Shown: positions 1 to 9,813 of the stretch, one piece after another
How positions within the stretch are numbered: position 1 is the stretch's first letter
Layout: each line of letters begins with the position of its first letter
Assembly: GCA_018714105.1 (NCBI GenBank)
Contig: DVNW01000004.1
Location: 2,738 to 66,737 of the forward strand
Direction of reading: 5' to 3'
From: Candidatus Faecicola pullistercoris
Lineage (GTDB): Bacteria > Bacillota > Clostridia > Christensenellales > CAG-917
Length of the DNA: 64,000 bases
Notes under the pieces: generated by a model
Told to the model about the DNA's origin: nothing
Database searches by the model: none
What the model saw: only the letters and a program-made list of their open reading frames with translations
Made by a program: the position numbers and the translations under genes

Positions 1-1
1 G

Positions 2-2698
2 TCTCAGGCAAACGTAACGGTCAAAGACGATTTTCTGAAAACCAAGGTTGCCGAAAAGGTATACGACGGCACAGTGAACGGAAATCTGACCGGGCCTCTT
101 ACGTCGGATCTGTTTACCAACTGGCAGGAGGGATACGAGCTTCCTTCCGTAACGGTTACCTTCGACAGTAAAAACGTCGGCACGGGAAAAACCGTTACTG
201 TTACGCTCACCGTACCGCAAAACGCGGGTTACGGTATTGTCAATTCGGTCAACAACAAATATACGCTGACGGTTGACGGCGGCGTTATCACGCCTCGCGC
301 GGTTACGGTTTCGATTAAAGATATAACTAAAAATTACGGCACCTCCGGCGACAATTACGCATTTACTTACGCATTCGAGGGAGCTGACGGTATCGATCTT
401 TCCGCAATGCAGGCCGAAATGGCAGGCTTAATGAGTTCGTACGTTTCCTTGCTCGGCAGGGAAGAAGGTTCGGACGTAGGAAGATACCTTATCAGCTGGA
501 CCGCAGGCGTGCCGGAAGTATCGGCAGACAATTATGCGGTAACCGTTTCGGAACAGACGGCGTATCTCGAAATTCTGCCCGCAAACATTAATATTTCGGG
601 CACGGATATAACTGCCGCCGACAAAGTATACGACGGCAGTACCGACGTGTCGGTAACGGTTCCGTCAATCGACAATGCGGTTATACTTGCCGACATGGGC
701 AAGGTGTATCTCGAAATCGTTTCCGCTTCATTTGCCGCAGCCGACGCAGGTTCGGATAAACCGGTATCCGTAACGATAAGGCTTGCGGGAGAAAAAGCGG
801 GAAATTACACGCTTTCTCAAACGGAGTTCACGGTAAGCGCCGACATCGCGAAGAGAGAGGTAACGGTTACTTTCGACAATGCGTTCAGTCCCTCTTTCGG
901 ATACGTTTACAATTCTGTCGATTTCGGTCTGGTATTAAGATACACCGATAACGAAGAGCTTATTACGGACGCCGCCCTGATCGACGAACTTAGGGCGCAC
1001 GTCGTTGTGGGACTGTATAAGGACAATGAGGAAATACCCGAGGGTACGGCCTTGTCCATAGGAAGCTTCACGTTGAAGATGAGCGTGTCGGAACAGCCCT
1101 CAAACCATAACCTTACAGCTTCGGCCACACGTACGGTTGTTATAGCCGCGACACGGCTTGACAATCCCGTATTTACGCTTAACGGCAACGAGTCCACTTA
1201 CGTGTCTTACGTTTACGGCGAAACGGTAACGCTGCCCGTAGCAAAAGTAGGTGAAACCGAACTCGGCTTTTCGGGCTCGGAGACCGATTCGCTGACTTAT
1301 TCGTATTCCGTTTCTTCTGTTGCCGCTTCGCAGGGCCTTACGCCATCGGCAATCAAAAGCGCGGGTACTTACACTATTACTCTGGAAGCCGAAGCCAAAG
1401 ACGGTTATACGTTTAAAAACGGAAGCTATCGGGCTACGGTAACCTATACCTTGGAAATAACCAAGAAAACCGCTTACGTTGCGGTTAAGAGTCTGGGTGC
1501 GGACGGCGATATCATTCAGGGCGACGATATGCCCGATTTTGCCTCGTTTACCACGGAGGATCTGGTATTTTTCAGCATCGCGGGCGATGAGGCGGTAAAC
1601 GCTTTCGTTTACGGAGAAGGACCCGAAGTCGTAAGCGGTACTTTTGTTATAAATACTAAAAACATCGATATGTTCAAGGTTGGAACCTATCAGCTTAATT
1701 TTGCTTCTTTCGATCTGAAAGCCGATAATTACAACCTCGTAAACACCACGGGTAAACCCGAATATGCAAAGTACATCGGTACCATTACCATAGGTAAAAA
1801 CGAAAATACCACCGTTTCCAACGAGGATAATACCGTAATTATCGAAAATCAGCTTACCGAAGGAGTCGCTCTTGAGGTAACTCAAAGCGCAGCCGACGAT
1901 TACGAAGCGGCGCAAGGACAGATACAGGCTCAGGAAGGGGCGGACAGAGTTATTTTAACGGTATACGGTATCGTACTGGAAAAAAACGGCGAGACTTTTG
2001 TAAGCCCGTCGGATATGACGATAAAACTCAAACTGCCGAGCGGAAGTTACAAAAATCTTAACAGCACCGTAAAAGTGGTTCTGCTCGACGAGGACGGCAA
2101 TTACTCCAAAATGCTTTCGGGCGTGACTCTTGAACAAGGAGAGGGAAATACCTATTACGCGGTTTTCAAATCCAAAGAAGGCGGAACTTTTGCCATAGTC
2201 GGCGTGCCCGGCAGCTCCAATCCCAATATACTTTATTACGTAATAGGCGGCGGCGTATTACTTATAATTGCGGCGTCCGTAATAGCCATAATTTTCGTGA
2301 AATCCTCGGACAGAAAGCGCAGACTCCGTGAAGAAGCGGCGGCTTTCGGCGCTGACGGAGACGGCGGGGTAAAGGCCAAAATCGCCGCCGGAAAACAGAA
2401 GGGGAAACAGGGTAAACAGGTAAAATCTCAGCCTGCGCCCAAAGGGGATAAGCAACCTGTTTCTCAGCCTGTTCAGCAACCTGTACAAAGGCCCGTTCAG
2501 CAGCCTGCGCAAAGGCCCGTTCAGCAGCCTGTACAAAGGCCCGTTCAGCAGCCTGTGCAAAGACCCGTTCAGCAGCCTGTGCAAAGACCGGCGGCTCAAC
2601 AGGCCGAAACGCAGCATCTGACCCCGGAGCAGCGCGCGGAAATAAAGCAGAAATCCAGGCAAAGCCAGTCCAACTGGAACGATTACGGTATGAAATAA
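2..2698 (+). CDS. Large cell-surface adhesin-like protein, C-terminal part (5' end lies outside the window). It has repeated MBG/YDG-type domains, one C-terminal TM helix and a Pro/Gln-repeat tail.
   Basis: Frame 2 is open from nt 2 (SQANVTVKDDFLKTKVAEKVYDGT...), so the GTG at 74 listed in the ORF track is internal. K-V-YDG-(T/S) and (D/G)NY(A/T/N)(V/L) motifs recur, as in MBG-domain adhesin repeats. The hydrophobic helix ILYYVIGGGVLLIIAASVIAIIFV is followed by KSSDRKRR and (QQPVQRPV)n. Confidence 0.7.
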   Translation, partial: SQANVTVKDDFLKTKVAEKVYDGTVNGNLTGPLTSDLFTNWQEGYELPSVTVTFDSKNVGTGKTVTVTLTVPQNAGYGIVNSVNNKYTLTVDGGVITPRAVTVSIKDITKNYGTSGDNYAFTYAFEGADGIDLSAMQAEMAGLMSSYVSLLGREEGSDVGRYLISWTAGVPEVSADNYAVTVSEQTAYLEILPANINISGTDITAADKVYDGSTDVSVTVPSIDNAVILADMGKVYLEIVSASFAAADAGSDKPVSVTIRLAGEKAGNYTLSQTEFTVSADIAKREVTVTFDNAFSPSFGYVYNSVDFGLVLRYTDNEELITDAALIDELRAHVVVGLYKDNEEIPEGTALSIGSFTLKMSVSEQPSNHNLTASATRTVVIAATRLDNPVFTLNGNESTYVSYVYGETVTLPVAKVGETELGFSGSETDSLTYSYSVSSVAASQGLTPSAIKSAGTYTITLEAEAKDGYTFKNGSYRATVTYTLEITKKTAYVAVKSLGADGDIIQGDDMPDFASFTTEDLVFFSIAGDEAVNAFVYGEGPEVVSGTFVINTKNIDMFKVGTYQLNFASFDLKADNYNLVNTTGKPEYAKYIGTITIGKNENTTVSNEDNTVIIENQLTEGVALEVTQSAADDYEAAQGQIQAQEGADRVILTVYGIVLEKNGETFVSPSDMTIKLKLPSGSYKNLNSTVKVVLLDEDGNYSKMLSGVTLEQGEGNTYYAVFKSKEGGTFAIVGVPGSSNPNILYYVIGGGVLLIIAASVIAIIFVKSSDRKRRLREEAAAFGADGDGGVKAKIAAGKQKGKQGKQVKSQPAPKGDKQPVSQPVQQPVQRPVQQPAQRPVQQPVQRPVQQPVQRPVQQPVQRPAAQQAETQHLTPEQRAEIKQKSRQSQSNWNDYGMK
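2447..2590 (+). repeat. 24-nt tandem repeat inside the adhesin tail
   Basis: There are five near-identical 24-nt units (gttcagcagcctgtRcaaagRccc, 2471-2590) with 1-3 substitutions each. One degenerate unit sits at 2447-2470. Together they encode (VQQPVQRP)n. Confidence 0.9.
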
Positions 2699-2707
2699 TA
2701 CAGTTTT

Positions 2708-2738
2708 AACCCTCTGTCAAACGGAGGGTTAATTTTTT
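2708..2738 (+). terminator. Rho-independent terminator after the adhesin gene
   Basis: The stem is AACCCTC / GAGGGTT (2708-2714 / 2724-2730), followed by AATTTTTT. Confidence 0.7.
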
Positions 2739-2827
2739 AAATATCAGACTGTTTTTCAATAATACAAAATGCGCGCATTTTTGCGACCGACACTGCTTTG
2801 CTGTTATTATATTAATAATAAAAAATG

Positions 2828-2856
2828 TTGATTATTTCGGTTTTATAATGTATAAT
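2828..2856 (+). promoter_or_regulatory. Sigma-A type promoter upstream of rpiB and the V-ATPase operon
   Basis: TTGATT (2828-2833), a 17-nt spacer, then TATAAT (2851-2856). An AAGGA Shine-Dalgarno precedes the ATG at 2886. Confidence 0.5.
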
Positions 2857-2885
2857 AATTATAAATAAGCTAAGGACGGTTCATA

Positions 2886-3335
2886 ATGAAAATTGCTATC
2901 GGCTGCGACCACGGCGGTTTTATTTTAAAGCAAGGCATTCTTGATTTTCTGAAACAACGAGAAATAGAAGTTACCGATTTCGGCACTTTTGATGAAAAAA
3001 GCGTCGATTATCCCGTATACGGCAAAAAAGTCGCGCAAGCCGTGGCTTCGGGCGAGGCCGACAAGGGTATACTTCTTTGCGGTACGGGCATAGGTATTTC
3101 CATTGCCGCTAATAAGGTCAGGGGGATTCGGGCCGCGGTGGTTACCGACGAATTTTGCGCCGAGGCCTGCAAAGCACACAATAACGCAAACGTTCTGGCG
3201 CTGGGGGGACGGGTGGTCTCTCCCGAACTCGCGGTCAAACTGGTTGCCGTCTGGCTGGATACGGAGTTCGGCGGCGAGAGGCATCAACGAAGGATAGATA
3301 TGATTTCGGATATCGAAGCCGAAACTATGAAATAG
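2886..3335 (+). CDS. rpiB: Ribose-5-phosphate isomerase B (RpiB/LacAB family)
   Basis: The N-terminus is MKIAIGCDHGG and the active-site region is CGTGIGISIAANK. The length is 149 aa. Confidence 0.9.
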   Translation: MKIAIGCDHGGFILKQGILDFLKQREIEVTDFGTFDEKSVDYPVYGKKVAQAVASGEADKGILLCGTGIGISIAANKVRGIRAAVVTDEFCAEACKAHNNANVLALGGRVVSPELAVKLVAVWLDTEFGGERHQRRIDMISDIEAETMK

Positions 3336-3342
3336 GTAGTTT

Positions 3343-3672
3343 ATGACACTGCAAAACGTAATCAATTCAATATCGTCGGCCGAACTTCAGGCCGAAGAAA
3401 AAATCAGAATTGCTTCTTTGAAAGCAAAAGAAGTGCAGCTTGCCGCCGAGGTTGAGTGCGAACGCATCAAAGACAAGACCTCGGACGAATGCAAGGCGAC
3501 CGTAAAACGCATAATGAAAAATGCCGAAGTAGCCGCCAATACCAAGTGCAGTCAGACGCTCAATCAGGGCGCGAAACAGGCGGCGGCATTTGAAAAGGCA
3601 TGTCGGGGACGCATTGACGACGCTGTCGATTTTATTTGCGGGAGGTTAATTTCCAAATATGTCGATAGTTGA
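3343..3672 (+). CDS. V-type ATPase small peripheral-stalk subunit (G/H-like, equivalent in position to E. hirae NtpF)
   Basis: A 109-aa Ala/Lys/Glu-rich coiled-coil protein is the first cistron of the V-ATPase operon. Its end overlaps the start of subunit I. The assignment rests mainly on position. Confidence 0.55.
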   Translation: MTLQNVINSISSAELQAEEKIRIASLKAKEVQLAAEVECERIKDKTSDECKATVKRIMKNAEVAANTKCSQTLNQGAKQAAAFEKACRGRIDDAVDFICGRLISKYVDS

Positions 3673-5644
3673 AATGAAAAAGTTGGTTTTAATCGGCCAC
3701 AAGTCGGTTAAAAACGAACTTTTGCGCGCTCTTCATAAATGCGGCGTGGTAGAGGTATCCAAAACCGGGCTTCTGGAAAATACCTTTTACGCCGAGGACG
3801 GTAAAAACGGGGAGGAAACAGCCGAAAAACTAAGCAGGCTGTCCTTTTGTTTTGACTTTTTAAAGGAGCAGCAACGTCAGGCGGACAAGCTTGTCAAGAA
3901 AGAGCTTTTCAGCTACGAAAAGCCCAAAAAAGCAATGATTCAGCCTACGCCGCGCTTTTCGTACGACGATTTTTATAAGATACGCGATAAAGAGTCCGCG
4001 CTCTGGGACGAAGTCAAAAGCATCGAGACAATCAATTCGCGCGTGCAGGATATCAAAGGCGAGATTCTGAAAATCAACGCAGTTACCGAACAGGTCAAAG
4101 TTTTTGCGGATATCGACGTCATATTGGGAGGTTTCAAGGATACTCCGCATACTTCGATGTTTTTGGGAGCCGTACCGTCGGCAAGGGCGAAAGCCGTTCG
4201 CGCCATAACCGAAAAATACGAAGGCCTTTACGTTTACGTAGACGAAAAGCCCGCAAAACTCAGCGCTGTCGCCGTTATATGCCTTAAAGAAATAAAAGAC
4301 GACGTCGTTTCGGACCTGAATGCACTTGAATTTATCAGGTCGGATTTCACGTTTGACAAAACGGCCGCGGAAATTCTTGCCGACAACGCCGCCGCCGTGG
4401 CCGCGCTTGAAGAGGAAAGGACGGCTCTGCTTTCGGATACGATGAAAAAGCTCGGGCTTGTCGACGATCTGAAACAGCTTTACGACTTATATCTGATCGA
4501 AAAGGCCTTTATCCGCGCGGGTGACGGCTTCGCGCAGACCAAATCGGCTTTTGTTCTCGAGGGATTCGTTCCCGTAAGCGAAGAGGAAAAAGTAAAAGGG
4601 GTTCTTGACGGGTTTGCCGACAACTCCGTTTACGAAATCTCCGACCCCGAAGAGGGCGACGTCGTTCCCACACTGGTGAAATCGGGTAAAGCCGTAGCGC
4701 CGTTCGAGAGCATTACCAACATGTTCAGCGCGCCCGCGGTCAACGACATCGATCCCAACCCGTTTGTGGCGTTTTTCTATACTTTGCTTTTCGGCCTCAT
4801 GATGGGCGACGCCGTATACGGAATTTTTCTTGCCGTTTTCGGCTTTACCATGTACAAACTCAAAAAACCCGTCCCCGGCAAAGGCGGCTTGTTCCTTGTA
4901 ATAGGAATGGGCGGAATTTCGACCTTTATATGGGGCGTGCTTCTGGGCGGCTGGCTGGGGCTTGATATTCCCGAAGGCAGTTTTCTCGATAAACTAACGT
5001 GGTTCAATCCGCTTGAAGAACCCATGATGATGCTCGGCCTGAGCATGGTAATGGGCTTTGTGCACATAATGTTCGGTCTGGGCCTGAAAGCGGCACGGCT
5101 GATTAAGGAAAAAGACTTTCAGGGTGCACTGGGCGAAGTGTTCAGCTGGTATCTGATTTTCGGCGGACTTATAGTTTACGTGCTGTCGTCCATGGTATTC
5201 AAAATCAACGTTCTGGGTACGGTAGGTCTGGCAATACTTATTTTGGGGCTTGCCGTTCTGCTGATATTCGGCGGTCACGGAAAGAAGGGCGTCAAACGTG
5301 TTATCGGCGGAGTAGGCAAACTTTACGATACCGTCAATTTCATGAGCGATATTTTAAGTTACTCCCGACTGTTCGGTCTGGGGCTTGCTACGGGCGTTAT
5401 AGGTATGGTTATTAATAAAATAGTCGAAGTTATCATAGGCCTTATCCCCGTTGCAGGGTACGTTCTGGGCGCGGCCTTTTTCGTGCTCGGGCACGTTATG
5501 AACATAGCAATCAACACGCTGGGAACTTACGTTCATAACTGCAGGTTGCAATATATCGAATTCTTCGGTAAATTCTACGACGGAGGCGGTAAGCTGTTCA
5601 CGCCTATCGGCTCCGAAACCAAATACACTTATATTGAAAGATAG
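3659..5644 (+). CDS. ntpI: V-type ATPase subunit I (membrane a-subunit)
   Basis: The 661-aa protein has a soluble N-terminal half and a polytopic C-terminal half containing YSRLFGLGLATG. It sits directly upstream of the proteolipid gene. An alternative start is the ATG at 3674. Confidence 0.9.
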   Translation: MSIVEMKKLVLIGHKSVKNELLRALHKCGVVEVSKTGLLENTFYAEDGKNGEETAEKLSRLSFCFDFLKEQQRQADKLVKKELFSYEKPKKAMIQPTPRFSYDDFYKIRDKESALWDEVKSIETINSRVQDIKGEILKINAVTEQVKVFADIDVILGGFKDTPHTSMFLGAVPSARAKAVRAITEKYEGLYVYVDEKPAKLSAVAVICLKEIKDDVVSDLNALEFIRSDFTFDKTAAEILADNAAAVAALEEERTALLSDTMKKLGLVDDLKQLYDLYLIEKAFIRAGDGFAQTKSAFVLEGFVPVSEEEKVKGVLDGFADNSVYEISDPEEGDVVPTLVKSGKAVAPFESITNMFSAPAVNDIDPNPFVAFFYTLLFGLMMGDAVYGIFLAVFGFTMYKLKKPVPGKGGLFLVIGMGGISTFIWGVLLGGWLGLDIPEGSFLDKLTWFNPLEEPMMMLGLSMVMGFVHIMFGLGLKAARLIKEKDFQGALGEVFSWYLIFGGLIVYVLSSMVFKINVLGTVGLAILILGLAVLLIFGGHGKKGVKRVIGGVGKLYDTVNFMSDILSYSRLFGLGLATGVIGMVINKIVEVIIGLIPVAGYVLGAAFFVLGHVMNIAINTLGTYVHNCRLQYIEFFGKFYDGGGKLFTPIGSETKYTYIER

Positions 5645-5656
5645 GAGGTTATCTTT

Positions 5657-6136
5657 ATGACAACAGGTACTGTTCTGGCAGTTGCGGGTGCGGCTCTTGC
5701 CGCCATTATGTCCGGCATAGGCTCGGCGCTCGGCGTAGGTATGGCGGGCAGGGCGGCCGCGGGTCTGACGGCCGAAGATCCCGAAAAGTTCGGTAAAGCC
5801 CTTCTGCTGCAGTTGCTTCCCGCCACGCAGGGTATTTACGGATTGCTTGTGGCATTCCTCGTATTGTTGAAAATAGGCGCTTTCGGTGATATGCTCGCGC
5901 TCAGCACCGCAAGCGGCTGGATACTTTTCGCAAGCTGTATGCCCATGGCCGTGGTAGGTCTGATAAGCGCCGTATCTCAGGCTAAAGTTTCGGTTGCGGG
6001 TATTGCGTGCATCGCAAAAAGGCCCGAAGCCAGCGGTAAAGCCATGATTTTGGCGGCTATGGTAGAGCTGTACGCCATATTCGCTCTGCTCATATTCTTC
6101 CTCGGCGGATTTATTCCCGAAATCGTACTCGCTTAA
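5657..6136 (+). CDS. ntpK: V-type ATPase proteolipid subunit K (duplicated, four-helix c subunit)
   Basis: The 159-aa sequence aligns by eye with E. hirae NtpK at GIGSA.GVGM, EKFG.ALLLQLLPATQGIYG and AAMVELYAI. Confidence 0.9.
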   Translation: MTTGTVLAVAGAALAAIMSGIGSALGVGMAGRAAAGLTAEDPEKFGKALLLQLLPATQGIYGLLVAFLVLLKIGAFGDMLALSTASGWILFASCMPMAVVGLISAVSQAKVSVAGIACIAKRPEASGKAMILAAMVELYAIFALLIFFLGGFIPEIVLA

Positions 6137-6151
6137 AAAGGGGCCCTCGAT

Positions 6152-6748
6152 ATGGAAGGAAAGGACACCATCATTAATAAGATAATGTCCGACGCCGACA
6201 GTCAGGCCGAAGAAATACTCGCTCAGGCAAAAGCAAAGGCCGAAGCGCAGGTTAAAAAGGCCTTGGACGAATCCGAAGCATTGCAAGCGGACGCCGCAAA
6301 AAAGGCGGAAGACGCGGGCAGCGAGCTGATTACCCGCCGCCTTACAGTAGCGGGTCTGGACGTTAAAAAGCAGATGCTTGCCGTAAAAAAAGAGCTTATC
6401 GACGCTTCGTTTGCTAAAGCGGAGTCCGTGCTCGCAGGGTTAGAGGACGACGATTATCTCAAACTCATATCGGCAATGCTCGCGAAAAGCGCGTCCGACG
6501 GCGATACGGTTACCGTTTCCGCGAAGGACAAGTCGCGCATTACCGCGGATTTTATAAAGAAACAGTCCAAAAAACTGGGAATTTCGCTTACTCTCGGTAA
6601 GGAATACGGCGATTTTGACGGCGGCATTATTCTTACGGGAGGCGGCGTAGACAAAAATCTCACGCTCGAAGTCGAGCTAAAACTGCTGTACGACGAAATT
6701 CAGGCGGACGTCGCCGCCATACTGTTTAAGGAGACCGAAAATGCCTGA
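6152..6748 (+). CDS. ntpE: V-type ATPase subunit E
   Basis: The 198-aa protein has an N-terminal AEA-rich helix (ADSQAEEILAQAKAKAEAQVKKA) and a globular C-terminus. Operon position also fits. Confidence 0.85.
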   Translation: MEGKDTIINKIMSDADSQAEEILAQAKAKAEAQVKKALDESEALQADAAKKAEDAGSELITRRLTVAGLDVKKQMLAVKKELIDASFAKAESVLAGLEDDDYLKLISAMLAKSASDGDTVTVSAKDKSRITADFIKKQSKKLGISLTLGKEYGDFDGGIILTGGGVDKNLTLEVELKLLYDEIQADVAAILFKETENA

Positions 6749-7718
6749 GGCGGGACTCATCTATTCCAACGCGCGCATAAAGAGCATGGAAAGAAACCTC
6801 GTCGGTTCGGCACAGCTTTCCAGGCTTCTCGACGCCGACAGCGTCGGGGACGCTTTTAAATTGCTTGTGGAATTCGGCTACGGCAACGGTATTTCGATTG
6901 ACGATAAAAACGCTTTTGAAAACCTTATAGCTTACGAGCGCACTCAGGCGACGGAGTTTTTCAAGGAAAACGTCTTCAAGTCGAGCGGCCTCGAAAACTT
7001 GCTTAAAAGGGAAGATTACCACAACCTTAAAGCGGCAATCAAGGCGTTCAGAACGGGGCAGGAAAATCCCGAAGCCTTTTATCCGTCGGGCAATATCGAC
7101 AAGAACGTAATAGTACAGGCCGTTTTGTCGGGCGACTGTTCGGCCTTGCCGGTGCATATGCGCAATGCGATACAATCTCTGGATCCCTCGGCGGGCCCGA
7201 GACAGATTGACGTCGCGGTGGACAAGGCGCTTTACAGTGACGTTTTTGCCTCGCTTAAAAAGTGCAATCAGAAAATAGTCAAAGAATATTTTGTTAAACA
7301 AGTTGACCTCAAAAATATATCGGCTTTCGTAAGGGTAAATCTGTTAGGACTCGGTTTCGCGTTCTTTAACGAGGGCTTTATCGAGGGCGGCAGCCTGGAT
7401 ATCGGTTTTTACGAGAGTTTCGCCTCGTCCGACGTCGAGCTGTTTGCCGACAAGCTCAGGACTACCGATTACAAGGATATAGCCGAAAAATGCCTTATCG
7501 GCAAAAAGGATTTGGTTCTTTTCGAAAAAGTGGCGGACGATATTCTGCTCGACGTTTTCAGAAAAGAGCGTAACGACATGTTCTCGGTAGCGCCCATCGC
7601 GGGCTATTATCTCGCGAAATGCACCGAGCTTAAAGTAGTTAATACCGTCGTATCCGCTATCAAAAACGGTATCGACAAAAAATTATTGGCAAAAAGGTTG
7701 CGTGAACTGTATGCGTAA
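6741..7718 (+). CDS. ntpC: V-type ATPase subunit C (eukaryotic d-type)
   Basis: The 325-aa protein starts with the N-terminal YSNARIKSMERNL motif. Its start overlaps the stop of subunit E. Confidence 0.85.
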   Translation: MPEAGLIYSNARIKSMERNLVGSAQLSRLLDADSVGDAFKLLVEFGYGNGISIDDKNAFENLIAYERTQATEFFKENVFKSSGLENLLKREDYHNLKAAIKAFRTGQENPEAFYPSGNIDKNVIVQAVLSGDCSALPVHMRNAIQSLDPSAGPRQIDVAVDKALYSDVFASLKKCNQKIVKEYFVKQVDLKNISAFVRVNLLGLGFAFFNEGFIEGGSLDIGFYESFASSDVELFADKLRTTDYKDIAEKCLIGKKDLVLFEKVADDILLDVFRKERNDMFSVAPIAGYYLAKCTELKVVNTVVSAIKNGIDKKLLAKRLRELYA

Positions 7719-8037
7719 AGAAAAAATCGCAGTCGTGGGCGATAAGGATTCGGTACTCGCGTTCAAAGCGGTCGGGCTTGACGTCTTTCCGATTTCGGAC
7801 GAAGAGGAAGCGTCGGATAAAGTCAGGCTGCTGGCAAGGGAATACGCGGTAATTTTCGTTACCGAAAAACTCGCCGCCAAAATGGAGCCTTTGCTCAAAA
7901 GATACAAGGCGCGGGCTTATCCCGCAGTTATACCTATTCCCGATGCGTCCGGCTCGACCGGATTCGGGCTTTACGGTATCAAAAAAGACGTGGAAAAGGC
8001 CATAGGGGCCGATATTCTGTTTAATAGAGAGGACTGA
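7711..8037 (+). CDS. V-type ATPase subunit F
   Basis: The sequence [27 protein letters not shown] is typical of subunit F. I prefer the ATG at 7711, which overlaps the subunit C stop (ATGCGTAA), over the GTG at 7702 in the ORF track. Confidence 0.85.
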   Translation: MRKEKIAVVGDKDSVLAFKAVGLDVFPISDEEEASDKVRLLAREYAVIFVTEKLAAKMEPLLKRYKARAYPAVIPIPDASGSTGFGLYGIKKDVEKAIGADILFNRED

Positions 8038-8042
8038 TTTTT

Positions 8043-9812
8043 ATGCAGGAAAATGCAGGTAGAATTATTAAAGTTTCAGGGCCTTTGATTGTTGCCGAAA
8101 ACATGCAGGACAGCAAAATGTACGACGTTGTCCGCGTCAGCGACAAAAAGCTGATAGGCGAAATCATCGAACTCAGGGGCGACAAAGCCTCCATTCAGGT
8201 TTACGAGGAAACCAGCGGCCTGGGAGTAGGCGAAAGCGTATATTCAACGGGCTCGCCTCTGTCGGTAGAACTTGCGCCGGGGCTTATCGAAGGTATATAC
8301 GACGGCATACAGCGTCCGCTTAATCTGCTTAGGCAGGAGTCGGGCGACAGAATTGCCCGAGGCATAGATATCCCCGCGGTAGACCATAAAAAACTTTGGG
8401 AATTCAAACCCGTAGCCAAACCCGGAGATAAAGTACGTACGGGCGATATTCTCGGCGTTGTCGACGAAACGGTCATTGTTGAGCACCGTATAATGGTGCC
8501 TGAAGGCGTCGAAGGCACGGTAAAAAGCATCGAAAAGGGCAGTTTTACTGTAGACGACACCATAGCCGTTATTTCTACCGATAAGGGCGATAAAAAAGTG
8601 TCCATGTTAAAACGCTGGCCCGTCAGAAAAGGCAGACCTTACCGCGAGAAGCTTACTCCCTTTATGCCTATGGTTACCGGTCAAAGAGTTATAGATACTC
8701 TGTTTCCTATAGCTAAGGGCGGCGTTGCGGCCGTTCCCGGTCCGTTCGGAAGCGGCAAGACCGTTGTTCAGCATCAGCTTGCCAAGTGGGCGGACGCCGA
8801 AATAATAGTTTACGTAGGCTGCGGCGAAAGAGGTAACGAGATGACGGACGTTCTTAACGAGTTTCCGCACCTTACCGACCCAAAGACGGGTCAGCCGCTT
8901 ATGAAACGTACCGTGCTGATTGCAAATACTTCGGACATGCCCGTCGCGGCGCGCGAAGCGTCCATTTACACGGGTATAACGATAGCCGAATATTTCAGGG
9001 ATATGGGCTATAACGTTGCAATCATGGCGGACTCGACAAGCCGTTGGGCCGAAGCCTTGCGCGAAATGAGCGGACGTCTCGAAGAAATGCCGGGCGAAGA
9101 GGGATATCCCGCATATCTGTCTTCCCGTCTTGCGGAGTTTTACGAAAGAGCGGGCATGGTGAAAACGCTGGGCTCCGGCGACAGAATCGGTTCAATTTCG
9201 GCAATCGGCGCGGTAAGCCCTCCCGGCGGAGACCTTTCCGAACCCGTATCGCAGGCTACTCTGCGTATCGTCAAAGTATTCTGGGGGCTTTCGGCTTCGC
9301 TTGCTTACAAGCGTCATTTCCCCGCAATAGACTGGTTGCAGAGTTATTCTCTTTATGCAGACAGACTTTCGGAATGGTATTCGGACAACCTCGGCGACGA
9401 GTGGCTGGATATGCGCACCGAAATTATGAGAATTTTGCAGGAAGAGGCTCAGCTTGAAGAAATCGTAAGGCTTGTCGGTATGGACGCGCTTTCTCCGAAG
9501 GACAGACTTACCATGGAAACCGCCAAATCCATAAGGGAAGACTACCTGCATCAGAACGCTTTCCATGAAGTGGATACTTACGCTTCGCTTACCAAACAGT
9601 TCAAGATGATGCAGCTTATACTTTTAAACTACCGTCTTTGCAACGAGGCTCTCGATAAAAACGTGGATATCGAAGATATACTTCAACTGGAAGTCAAGGA
9701 TAAAATCGGCAGGGCGAAATATATTTCCGAGGACGAACTCGACAAGTTTGACGAAATAACCGCCGACCTCAAAGAAGAGATGATTGCTCTTACCAACGAA
9801 GGAGGCCTGTAA
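8043..9812 (+). CDS. ntpA: V-type ATPase catalytic subunit A
   Basis: The protein is 589 aa with Walker A GPFGSGKT and the non-homologous insert typical of A subunits. Confidence 0.95.
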   Translation: MQENAGRIIKVSGPLIVAENMQDSKMYDVVRVSDKKLIGEIIELRGDKASIQVYEETSGLGVGESVYSTGSPLSVELAPGLIEGIYDGIQRPLNLLRQESGDRIARGIDIPAVDHKKLWEFKPVAKPGDKVRTGDILGVVDETVIVEHRIMVPEGVEGTVKSIEKGSFTVDDTIAVISTDKGDKKVSMLKRWPVRKGRPYREKLTPFMPMVTGQRVIDTLFPIAKGGVAAVPGPFGSGKTVVQHQLAKWADAEIIVYVGCGERGNEMTDVLNEFPHLTDPKTGQPLMKRTVLIANTSDMPVAAREASIYTGITIAEYFRDMGYNVAIMADSTSRWAEALREMSGRLEEMPGEEGYPAYLSSRLAEFYERAGMVKTLGSGDRIGSISAIGAVSPPGGDLSEPVSQATLRIVKVFWGLSASLAYKRHFPAIDWLQSYSLYADRLSEWYSDNLGDEWLDMRTEIMRILQEEAQLEEIVRLVGMDALSPKDRLTMETAKSIREDYLHQNAFHEVDTYASLTKQFKMMQLILLNYRLCNEALDKNVDIEDILQLEVKDKIGRAKYISEDELDKFDEITADLKEEMIALTNEGGL

Positions 9813-9813
9813 T

